Origin: an uncultured virus (IMG/VR IMGVR_UViG_3300008108_000027)
Lineage: Duplodnaviria > Heunggongvirae > Uroviricota > Caudoviricetes
IMG/VR virus record: IMGVR_UViG_3300008108_000027
Length of the DNA stretch: 64,000 nucleotides
Direction: 5' to 3' (one strand)
How positions within the stretch are numbered: the stretch's first letter is position 1; each line of letters opens with the position of its first letter. The notes beneath the pieces were generated by a model. It was not told the DNA's origin. It did no database searches and was given only the letters and a program-made list of their open reading frames with translations. This document shows positions 34,461 through 43,075 of the stretch, piece by piece. The position numbers and the translations under genes were made by a program.

Positions 34461-36377
34461 TTATTCATCTACCACTAGATAACTATTTTTTGTTGGTGAT
34501 ACAACTGTAGGTTCAATTTTTATTCTTTTTATTATATTACCAAATTTATCGTAATCAAATACTATATTATTATTTGTTTGTGGTGCATTATTTGATGTTG
34601 TTGCGGTTGTTTTTGTGTTTGATGCTTCTTTGTTTTCTTTGTTCATATTTTGAGCCTTAAGTCCATCCCTAATTATCTTTTGACCTTCTTTTAACTGATT
34701 ATCTACACTATTACCCATTTTATCAACAAAGTCTGTAACCAATTTACCTCCTGCAACCGATTCGGTTTTAGTTGATTGTGCTAATTTAGCTTGTGCTGTT
34801 GGTCCAAATCCTAATGTTTCCGCAAGTTGAGTTCCTTTTTTACCCGCCTGATTCATACCCAATAACGCAATGTAATTGACATCTCTTTTTATGTTTTCAA
34901 TATTTGAAGCCTGTCCCCTCGCAATGTCTTCTGTTGTTTTTTCTTTTAATTGGTCTTGGTATTGTAATAATTCTTTTGCTTGTTGGTCTGTTAACTCATC
35001 TAATGCAACTTCTTGTTTACCAAAATATTTTTGTAAATCTGGTGATTTTCCTAAATCGATGGTCATCTTACCATCTTTCATTCTCGCTATGTTTGTTAAA
35101 AATTCCGTTTGGTCAGGATCTAAAGTTAAACCTCTAGCCAATAAATCAGAAGCCGCCGATGATTTTTCAGCCGCTGCCAAAGCACCTTGTGCGAGTTCTT
35201 TGTATGAAATACCCATTTGAGCGGCCATTTCTTTTGCTCTACGTAAATTAACACCAGTTATTTCAAATCTACCTTGTTCAGAATTATATGTTGCCAAACC
35301 TTTTGCAGCACCAATTAATGCGTCCTGTAGTCCCTCAACATTGTTTGTTGACATGTACATTAATTTAAGTGGATCATTAAAATCACCTATTGCACCACCT
35401 AATACTTGTAAATTAGCGGATAATTCTAACGCACCTTCAGGATTCATAACTTTATCCGCTATTTGGAAAACTTCATTCATACTCATTCTAAATTCAGTTG
35501 CCTTTCTTGCCATAGTTGCCAATCCATCAATACCGTTTTTAAAACCATACGAATTTATTTTGTCCATATTTTGTGCTAAGTCACCAATTACTTTTTTAGA
35601 TTGTAAACCGAGTTCCATAGAACGTTTACCCGCTCTTTCTATTGCTGAATTTGCTTCTTGTGCACCTATACCTATTTTTTCAAAATCATCATATAAGCTA
35701 ACCATGTCTTGCATTGAACCTAAATATGCCTTACCAACCTCTCCCGCCTTTTCTAATGTTTGTTGATTGACCAATGCAAATCTACCACTTTCATTTACAA
35801 TTGAAATTGCAGCATCTGCCACCTCCGCAAAACTAATACCAAGTTGAACTAATCTTGGGTTGGCGTCTGTTATTGTTTCTCTAAAATCTCTAGAAAGATC
35901 ACCTGTTAAAAGTGCTTTGGAGTTAACTTCTTCTAATAATTTTGTCTGTCGTGCATAATAACTTTCCATTCCCTTGGCCACCATTTCGACAAGTGTTTTA
36001 CCCATACCTTGTAAAGTAAAAGTTCCTGTCTTAATTTTTTCCATTAGATCATCTATACCCACCAATTGATCTTGTAAATTAGGTAAATAAGTATTTGATT
36101 GTGATTCTTGAGTTTTTAATAAACCCATAACAGCGTTCAAAGATGCTGTACCAACATCCTTAATTGCACTACCGGTACTAACAGTACCTGTACCACTTGT
36201 GCTAGATGAACTTGATCCAGAGTTAGATTGTTTTTGTACCTTATTCCATTCATCCATTAATCTTCTTTTTTCATCGGAAGTTAATGGATTACCACCATTT
36301 TGTCTTAAAGCTTCATTAAATACGTCAGTATAATCATTTGAAAATCTTGCTAACGCTGAATAATTTAAATTTGGCAT
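34461..36377 (-). CDS. Tape measure-like protein
   Basis: 638 aa, helical and Ala/Gln/Leu-rich; canonical position after tube and chaperone genes. Confidence 0.65.
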   Translation of the reverse strand: MPNLNYSALARFSNDYTDVFNEALRQNGGNPLTSDEKRRLMDEWNKVQKQSNSGSSSSSTSGTGTVSTGSAIKDVGTASLNAVMGLLKTQESQSNTYLPNLQDQLVGIDDLMEKIKTGTFTLQGMGKTLVEMVAKGMESYYARQTKLLEEVNSKALLTGDLSRDFRETITDANPRLVQLGISFAEVADAAISIVNESGRFALVNQQTLEKAGEVGKAYLGSMQDMVSLYDDFEKIGIGAQEANSAIERAGKRSMELGLQSKKVIGDLAQNMDKINSYGFKNGIDGLATMARKATEFRMSMNEVFQIADKVMNPEGALELSANLQVLGGAIGDFNDPLKLMYMSTNNVEGLQDALIGAAKGLATYNSEQGRFEITGVNLRRAKEMAAQMGISYKELAQGALAAAEKSSAASDLLARGLTLDPDQTEFLTNIARMKDGKMTIDLGKSPDLQKYFGKQEVALDELTDQQAKELLQYQDQLKEKTTEDIARGQASNIENIKRDVNYIALLGMNQAGKKGTQLAETLGFGPTAQAKLAQSTKTESVAGGKLVTDFVDKMGNSVDNQLKEGQKIIRDGLKAQNMNKENKEASNTKTTATTSNNAPQTNNNIVFDYDKFGNIIKRIKIEPTVVSPTKNSYLVVDE

Positions 36378-36381
36378 TATT

Positions 36382-36531
36382 TTAACCTTTTTCTAATTCT
36401 ATTATATAATTTATGAAATATCTTCTTATATAAATAGGCATGGACAAAATATCCGAATAGGTAAAACCTTTTTTAACCAAAAATAATATCTCTGAAAGTT
36501 GATCCTTTCTATATTCCGTAGAAAGGGCGAA
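36382..36531 (-). CDS. Predicted frameshift extension of the tail assembly chaperone (49 aa: FALSTEYRKDQLSEILFLVKKGFTYSDILSMPIYIRRYFINYIIELEKG)
   Basis: Open frame +1 relative to the chaperone, beginning at GAC TTT TTT C, with no start codon at its 5' end, and ending 4 nt before the tape measure ATG. Confidence 0.6.
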   Translation of the reverse strand, partial: FALSTEYRKDQLSEILFLVKKGFTYSDILSMPIYIRRYFINYIIELEKG

Positions 36532-37258
36532 AAAAGTCCACCCCGAAACCTATAACAAATAGGACTTCTTCTCCTGATGGGGCGATTGTTTTTTGTGTTA
36601 AATCTAAACCTGGTTTGTTATCGTTTATAAATTTTCTAAAGTCCTGAGCATCTTTAATTGGTAATCTATCAATAAAATTTTTAATATTCATCATATCTTT
36701 ATTACCTGCAACAGATTTAATCATAAATTCAAGCCTTTTTGTCATAATCGGTGGTACACCTAAACCATTCCAACTTTTTTGAATTTCGTCTATTTCACTT
36801 TCTTGTTTTTTTGTTAAAAATTTAAAAGTAACATCTACCTTAGATTTTTCCATAAAATATTTGTATTCACCATTTGAATCTGGTGTTAAAGTGAAATCTT
36901 TCATTTTTAATGTACCTAAGTCAACGGTTACATTAAAATCTTTATTTGTTTTCGGATCAGTTAATGTTACTTTATATTCTGAACCAAAAGCAGTGTTTCT
37001 AAGAAAAATTAAAATCGCTTGAATATCTTCATCAATTAATTCGTCAATAGTTATGTCTCTGTCTAAAACTTTTCTTTTTAATAATTCATTAACAACACCA
37101 TTCGTATTAACAATATTAGGTGCGGCTAATATATTTTCATCTGTTGCTGTTAGATATGCGACTCTTACTGATTTTTTATTGTTTGGGTAGTGTATTCCTC
37201 TTGATGGTAATTCTACCACATCGTATGCGATTGTTGGGTCTATTCTTAATTCTTCCAT
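36509..37258 (-). CDS. Tail assembly chaperone / baseplate hub assembly protein (T4 gp26-like)
   Basis: VELPSRG..Y, LTATDENIL, D..AILIFLRNTAFG.EY, ending GVDFFRP; between the tube and tape measure genes. Confidence 0.7.
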   Translation of the reverse strand: MEELRIDPTIAYDVVELPSRGIHYPNNKKSVRVAYLTATDENILAAPNIVNTNGVVNELLKRKVLDRDITIDELIDEDIQAILIFLRNTAFGSEYKVTLTDPKTNKDFNVTVDLGTLKMKDFTLTPDSNGEYKYFMEKSKVDVTFKFLTKKQESEIDEIQKSWNGLGVPPIMTKRLEFMIKSVAGNKDMMNIKNFIDRLPIKDAQDFRKFINDNKPGLDLTQKTIAPSGEEVLFVIGFGVDFFRPFYGI

Positions 37259-37307
37259 AATAAGTTAATTTAATAAATAACTATGTTAAAGTAAAGTTTT
37301 TAAAATA

Positions 37308-37339
37308 AAAAAACCAATAGAAAAATATCTATTGGTTTT
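37308..37339. terminator. Bidirectional-type intrinsic terminator after the tube gene
   Basis: aaaaaccaatag-aaaaatat-ctattggttttt. Confidence 0.7.
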
Positions 37340-37360
37340 AAAAATAAAAAATTTATAGTA

Positions 37361-37849
37361 TTAATAAACAAGAATACAACGATCTGGTCTTAATCCACAA
37401 TCAATTGATGCAATTTCATCTTGTTTGTAATCAAGTGAACCAAAATTTAAACTTGTTATAAATGTACCTTGAAGAATCCATTTTTCAACAACAACACCTG
37501 TTGGGTCCAACATTTCTAATTCAATATCTTTTTTATAACCAGCAGCATAACCCATACGACCTGTAACTGATTCTGCATGTAAACGGAACCACTCCATTAA
37601 CGCCTGTGCGGCAGAAGGACCAATTGGGTCTTTAAATGTTACTTTCATCTCATCCCATGTAAATCTACCAGCAACATATGTTGAGGTATTTAAAAAAGGA
37701 ATCTCAGTTGCATTTATTTTTGCTGATGGTCTCTGTGTTGATATTACATACCATTCGTTAATTCCCAAAGACGAAGGGAAACGAAGGATAAACCTGTTCT
37801 GTCTTTTCGGTTCGTAAGGAACCGGCATTTTCATTAGTAAATCTGCCAT
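37361..37849 (-). CDS. Tail tube protein (gp19-like)
   Basis: EPKRQNRF, YVAGRFTW, LDPTGVVVEKWILQG...FGSLDY; follows the sheath gene. Confidence 0.85.
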   Translation of the reverse strand: MADLLMKMPVPYEPKRQNRFILRFPSSLGINEWYVISTQRPSAKINATEIPFLNTSTYVAGRFTWDEMKVTFKDPIGPSAAQALMEWFRLHAESVTGRMGYAAGYKKDIELEMLDPTGVVVEKWILQGTFITSLNFGSLDYKQDEIASIDCGLRPDRCILVY

Positions 37850-37950
37850 TGTAGATTATTTTGTTTTTTTTATCTTTATTATAAATATGTCGTAAATCAA
37901 AAAATATTTTTAGATATTATTGATTTTATCAAATATTTTTCGTAGTTTTT

Positions 37951-38046
37951 TACTACTAGTATATCTGGTCCCAGTATAAATATTACAATAAATAAAATAA
38001 GTTTATAAATAATATAAAACTAGAATACTGGATCTAGTATACTGGG
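37951..38046. repeat. Short direct and inverted repeat cluster in an AT-rich intergenic region
   Basis: Three CTAG(T/A)ATA(T)CTGG-like copies (~37956, 38020, 38034); 9 bp inverted repeat cccagtata (37970-37978) / tatactggg (38038-38046). Confidence 0.6.
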
Positions 38047-38079
38047 TGAAATATAAAAATATAATCTTTATAAAATAAA

Positions 38080-38095
38080 TGTTTCTCGTGAAACA
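38080..38095. promoter_or_regulatory. parS-like palindrome
   Basis: TGTTTCTCGTGAAACA, 15/16 match to the bacterial parS consensus TGTTTCACGTGAAACA, with symmetric aaa/ttt flanks. Confidence 0.6.
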
Positions 38096-38106
38096 TTTTT
38101 TAGAAT

Positions 38107-38134
38107 AAAAAAGGTGGTCAACTAGACCACCTTT
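38107..38134 (-). terminator. Intrinsic terminator after the sheath gene
   Basis: aaaggtggtc-aacta-gaccaccttt with a T-tract on the minus strand. Confidence 0.75.
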
Positions 38135-38153
38135 ATTTTTATCTCCTTTTAGA

Positions 38154-40985
38154 TTATATATTATCAAATGAAGCACCTGTTGGTGTTATAATGAACTCTA
38201 AATCAATAAATTCAAGAGAACGAGTAGGTTTAATATAGATTTTACCTCTCAATGTGTTAGCGTCAATATCTTCAGGGGCATTTGATACCGTAACACGGAA
38301 ATCATAAAGACCTCTTTCTTTCTTGATTGCTTCCATTATTGGATTAACCAATCTTAAGAATTCATTTCTTACCTGATCATCATTTTGTTCAAACAATAAT
38401 CTAACGGCTACCGCAGATATTAATTTTCTTGCTCTTAATAATAATCTTCTTACGTTAATTCTATCAAGTGCAGATTCTCTAACTTGTAAGGTTTTATTAC
38501 CCCAAATTATTGTACCTGTATCTGAGAAAGTCGCAATTGGGTTTATTCTACCTTTGTAAAGAATGTCTCTTTCGTCCAATGTTAATTTCTTAACAGCTTT
38601 AATTGATTTAACTAAACCTCTTGAATAACCCGCAACCGCGAACCATGGATAAGAAACATTATCAGTTAATGCTACATTTCTTAATACCTCACCTGTTGGT
38701 GGTATGTAAAGTTGTGTTGCATTATCACCATCTCTTACCTGTATCCAAGGCCAGTATGTAGCTGAATAGTTACTATCATAACCTAAATCATCTAACATAC
38801 CAACAACTTCTTCGGCATCATCTACATTTGGTGAATTTATAATATATAATGAATCGGCTCTTTCTTCTTCAACCATATCAATTGCTTGATTAGTTAATGA
38901 ATTGTGATCATAAAAGTTTAGACCAGGCGTTGCGAATACATTTATATTTACCGCCTCAGGATTTGAGAATGTTTCAATACCTTTTAGAAAAGCATAATAA
39001 TCTGAGTTACCTTCAGTAGAACTGAAAACACCACCATTACTTTCCCAGTTTGACACATATGTATTTTTTCCAAATATGTATTGATCGGTGTTTGTTTTTA
39101 CATTTCTGTAAATGTCCCAACCATCAAATCCACCATAAGCCGCGAATGTGAACTTACGGAAAGTTATATTTTCTAACTTATCTTTATTTAAACCTTCTAA
39201 ATCATATGGGGTTGTTTTATATGTTATACCCGTAATTGACGCGGCGTTAACAGATAAGTGGAATGCATATGTTGTTGTATCTTCTGAACTTAAACCTTTA
39301 TATTTTAAAAGATCGTTATCATACTTGAACCCTTCTTGAGTTGAAAAACCTAAAGATACTTTTCTTGGTTTATCTCCATTTGTTGTGATTGGAGATCCGT
39401 CGGATTCATAACCAACGATATCACCCGCATCGAAGTATTCTGTTTTATACATTAAACTACCCAATATTGAATTTGTTCCGAAACTTGTGTTACTTGAAAA
39501 ACCTTTGAAACCTGCGGGAATTGCATCTGCCGGTGCGTTTTCTTTCATCTCCAACATAATGAATTTTGATTTTAATTCATATTCACCATCACTCGTACCT
39601 AATTTTTTAGCAATATATCCCGGAACTTCAGGGTCCATAGAACATCTTGAATATTTTTCAAGAGCCACTACATTTTCATCGGTATCATTAAAATCACGAA
39701 CAAGTAAATCAAATTCTTTTGTATCTAAATTAATGTTAGCAATTGTAATTTTTACTTGTTGATTAGACGCTTCACCATCAGATATTGTGATAACATCAAA
39801 AAGATCTGCAACTTTACCACCACGAACTTCAGATACTACTGTTGGTGACAATGCAGTACTCCATCTTTCCGCGAAATCGAGTTGGTCTAAATTATAAACA
39901 TTACTAGTACTTAAACCTCTAATTAAACCTTGTTTATATAAATTTTTAACTAAATTAGGATAAGACTCGTGAAGATATAAAGGGAATTCAACATAAGATT
40001 TATCAAATACAGAATTACCAATTACTTTACCAATATATTTTGAAGATGTTAAATCCATACTACATTGATATGATTTAAGACCACCGGTTAATCCATTAAC
40101 ACTTAATTTGAATTCACTTAAAGGATCAGAATCTAATGTAGAAGATGTGATATTAACATTTGAAGAATTTGTCACTTCTAATGTTAAAGATTGACCAACA
40201 TATCTACCTCTAGATCTTAATGCCGCAACAATAACATTCGAATAATCCGTATTTAAAGAAGCAGGATACTTGAATCTAGTTACGGTAAATGTATTTCCTG
40301 TATCGGGATAAACAAATAAATAAGAATAAACACCATCAATTGTTGTATCTACACCTGGAGTTGATTCAGTATAATAAACATTATACCAATTTTTACCATT
40401 GTTTGTACCTATTGGTGATGATATTGTTGTACCAGTTAAACCAGATACTGATGAATTAGGAACAGGTCCAACTGTAAACCAGTTACCACCATTAAATGTT
40501 GTTCCACTTATATACTCAGGTATTGTAGTACCATCTGTTGTTAACTTATCTGATAGTTCAGTATAAAACGCACTTAATGTAACTGCTGTTGTTGACATTC
40601 CACCATTTGTGGTTGTAGGAGTTGCGGTTGTATCTACAGTAACACCACCTAATGTTCTAATACCAAAAGTGTTAAAAGGTCTGTAACCTGTTAAACCTAA
40701 AACTCTTGTTACAAATAATTGATTAGATTCTTCTAAATATGATTTTGCAACATATCCTAATTCATATTTTGGATTACCATTACCATCTTTTTCAGGTGAT
40801 GTTGTTCCGAAATATGTTCTAAACTCATCAAAACTTGTAATTAATACTGGTTCGAAAGCAGGTCCTTTTAATGTCTCCCCAACCAAACCCAATGTAGTTA
40901 CACCAACACTTTGTGCAACAAATGTTAAATCTAATTCAGATGTGTACACACCTGGTGACACGAATACTCTGTTTGAAGTTGCCAT
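38154..40985 (-). CDS. Contractile tail sheath protein (gp18-like)
   Basis: FVSPGVYTSE N-terminus, YSATYWPW, PWFAVAGYSRG, LYKGRINPI, WGNKTLQ, RINVRRL. Confidence 0.95.
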   Translation of the reverse strand: MATSNRVFVSPGVYTSELDLTFVAQSVGVTTLGLVGETLKGPAFEPVLITSFDEFRTYFGTTSPEKDGNGNPKYELGYVAKSYLEESNQLFVTRVLGLTGYRPFNTFGIRTLGGVTVDTTATPTTTNGGMSTTAVTLSAFYTELSDKLTTDGTTIPEYISGTTFNGGNWFTVGPVPNSSVSGLTGTTISSPIGTNNGKNWYNVYYTESTPGVDTTIDGVYSYLFVYPDTGNTFTVTRFKYPASLNTDYSNVIVAALRSRGRYVGQSLTLEVTNSSNVNITSSTLDSDPLSEFKLSVNGLTGGLKSYQCSMDLTSSKYIGKVIGNSVFDKSYVEFPLYLHESYPNLVKNLYKQGLIRGLSTSNVYNLDQLDFAERWSTALSPTVVSEVRGGKVADLFDVITISDGEASNQQVKITIANINLDTKEFDLLVRDFNDTDENVVALEKYSRCSMDPEVPGYIAKKLGTSDGEYELKSKFIMLEMKENAPADAIPAGFKGFSSNTSFGTNSILGSLMYKTEYFDAGDIVGYESDGSPITTNGDKPRKVSLGFSTQEGFKYDNDLLKYKGLSSEDTTTYAFHLSVNAASITGITYKTTPYDLEGLNKDKLENITFRKFTFAAYGGFDGWDIYRNVKTNTDQYIFGKNTYVSNWESNGGVFSSTEGNSDYYAFLKGIETFSNPEAVNINVFATPGLNFYDHNSLTNQAIDMVEEERADSLYIINSPNVDDAEEVVGMLDDLGYDSNYSATYWPWIQVRDGDNATQLYIPPTGEVLRNVALTDNVSYPWFAVAGYSRGLVKSIKAVKKLTLDERDILYKGRINPIATFSDTGTIIWGNKTLQVRESALDRINVRRLLLRARKLISAVAVRLLFEQNDDQVRNEFLRLVNPIMEAIKKERGLYDFRVTVSNAPEDIDANTLRGKIYIKPTRSLEFIDLEFIITPTGASFDNI

Positions 40986-41115
40986 TGATTTTTCTTTTGA
41001 TTAAAATATTTTTATTACTTTTATTTATAAATATCTTTATTTTTACCAAAGATTTTTTTATCTTCAACATAAAAGATAGTATTCTATCCTTTATTATCTT
41101 TATTTATCTTTAGAT

Positions 41116-41274
41116 ATGGAAAAGAAAATAAAAAACATAAAAATTAGTGATATTCACCACGAAATGTTAAAAAAACACTGTGATAAAAATGGTTTAAAAA
41201 TTCATAAGGTCGTGGAAAAAATGATAGAAGAATTATGTAAACCAAAGAAAAAAGATTTATATGGTGAAACTTAA
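41116..41274 (+). CDS. Small putative ribbon-helix-helix DNA-binding protein (52 aa, MEKKIKNIKISDIHHEMLKKHCDKNGLKIHKVVEKMIEELCKPKKKDLYGET)
   Basis: Read by hand (below the ORF-track cutoff); alternating beta-strand followed by two helices; TATTTAT upstream; divergent from the sheath gene. Confidence 0.6.
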   Translation: MEKKIKNIKISDIHHEMLKKHCDKNGLKIHKVVEKMIEELCKPKKKDLYGET

Positions 41275-42512
41275 TATGTGTAAGTTATACCAATTTTAGA
41301 CCCAACAATAGGTGTAAAACTTAGTTCTACTGTATTTGTACCGGTAACACTAAAACTTATATCATCACTTTCAATAAGTCCATTTATTGTAAATGTAACA
41401 ATATCGTTAATTGGGTTAGATGTTGTAAAAATTAATGACGATCCGTCATATGTGAAATTTTCAGTGGTAACTTGTAAAACAAAACCTTGATTGTTAACTA
41501 AAATTGCGTTAGATGTTCCTTTATAGTATGTTATTGTTATTACACTACCTGGTGGAGGCGGTGTAACAAAGGTTACTTTAGATGTTCCCGCAATATGGTA
41601 ATAATCAACACCTAATTGTTGAATCAGACCGTTTATTGCAACATTAAATAATATATCCATAGGTTCACCAACACCAAATATAGTCTGAATACCATTACCA
41701 TATAATGTTGTGATTATTATGTCTATATTTTTTGGTACCACTTTTTTACTCATTTTTTTCGTATCAACAAATTCGGTTAATAAAATTGTTCTGTTAACCG
41801 CTGGCTTAACTTCAAATTCTTCAGCATCAATTAAAAATCCAAGTAAAATAAATTGATAGTTTTGAACATAAAATCTCCTACCATCAATTGTATCCATAGG
41901 TGTATTGTCTTCAATTCTTTCAAGAATTAATGGTACGTAATGTCCCTTTATTGTTGTGTAATCTTGTCTTGAACTAAAATTTTGCATAACCATCTTATTA
42001 AATCTGTTCAAGTCTCTGAATTTATTACAAACAATTGTAACGTCATAACTAATATCTACAGGTATTGGTTGTGGTATTTTATATACATCAGCACCTAACA
42101 TACCATTAGCATCTTGTTTTTTAACTGTAGAATAATGAAATCTATGTCTATCGGGAATAGTCCTTAATACGGATGGATTTGTACCTGGCTGAACATCTGG
42201 TTTCCTAACTACAGAAATAAAAGGTAAATTTATGTTTCCCTCCTCATCACTATATTCCCACGTATTTTGTAATTCCGCCCATCTTTGTATTGTTAAAATT
42301 CTTGGGATCATGGGTATTTTTTTACCATCAGAAACAACAACAAAATTCTTTTCAACATAATCTAACATACCTCTATCCAAATCATCATGTAAAATAGAAT
42401 CGGGTAAGTATGGATCTGATTTAGTAATAAAATCTAACAACTCCTGTCTTCTCGGTAATAATTCTTTACCGAGATAAACTTGAATATTATTTTTCTTTTT
42501 AGGTATACCCAT
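41271..42512 (-). CDS. Tail terminator/completion protein (gp15-like) with C-terminal beta-rich repeats
   Basis: LPFISVVR and PIPVDISYDV motifs, synteny before the sheath; two C-terminal V.INGL...Y repeats; start at MGIPKK. Confidence 0.6.
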   Translation of the reverse strand: MGIPKKKNNIQVYLGKELLPRRQELLDFITKSDPYLPDSILHDDLDRGMLDYVEKNFVVVSDGKKIPMIPRILTIQRWAELQNTWEYSDEEGNINLPFISVVRKPDVQPGTNPSVLRTIPDRHRFHYSTVKKQDANGMLGADVYKIPQPIPVDISYDVTIVCNKFRDLNRFNKMVMQNFSSRQDYTTIKGHYVPLILERIEDNTPMDTIDGRRFYVQNYQFILLGFLIDAEEFEVKPAVNRTILLTEFVDTKKMSKKVVPKNIDIIITTLYGNGIQTIFGVGEPMDILFNVAINGLIQQLGVDYYHIAGTSKVTFVTPPPPGSVITITYYKGTSNAILVNNQGFVLQVTTENFTYDGSSLIFTTSNPINDIVTFTINGLIESDDISFSVTGTNTVELSFTPIVGSKIGITYTY

Positions 42513-42513
42513 T

Positions 42514-43026
42514 TTAAACTCCTCTAAATTGACCTTCTTGTACAAATGCACAAGTTATTGTTCTATAATGTGGTTTATAACCGAACATTTTATGTTTACC
42601 ATCAGATGTCACTCTACCGTCATTTGTCACTTGATAGTATCTCATTTTAGTTTCAGATTCGGGATACCCCACATAATCACCATATTTTATATCTATTTTT
42701 AATTCGTCTAAATGTTTGATGTATACAGAAATTGTCATATTCCCGTGTTCACTATAACGAATCAAACCCCCTTTATATGAATTATTTTTTGGTTCTTCTA
42801 TTTTTACCAAAGCATTTATTTCAACAGGAGGAAAAAATTTTATTTCGTCCATACCAACCTCACCATAAACATTGTCATTATCTGTTTTTTGTCTATCAAC
42901 ACGATATACAACTACTTTCATGTTCACATCACCATGTAAGTATTCCTGACCCAATTCTAAATTGAAATCAAAATCTTCTTGAGAGAAAAACTTGGATAGT
43001 CTTGTTATAGGTAATTTATTGTCCAT
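42514..43026 (-). CDS. Head closure/neck protein (gp14-like)
   Basis: NVYGE...F.PPVEI, I..GDYV motifs; synteny. Confidence 0.55.
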   Translation of the reverse strand: MDNKLPITRLSKFFSQEDFDFNLELGQEYLHGDVNMKVVVYRVDRQKTDNDNVYGEVGMDEIKFFPPVEINALVKIEEPKNNSYKGGLIRYSEHGNMTISVYIKHLDELKIDIKYGDYVGYPESETKMRYYQVTNDGRVTSDGKHKMFGYKPHYRTITCAFVQEGQFRGV

Positions 43027-43075
43027 ACCTAATAAATAGTTTAAAAATACATTCTATTTACTTATATTAGTTAAT

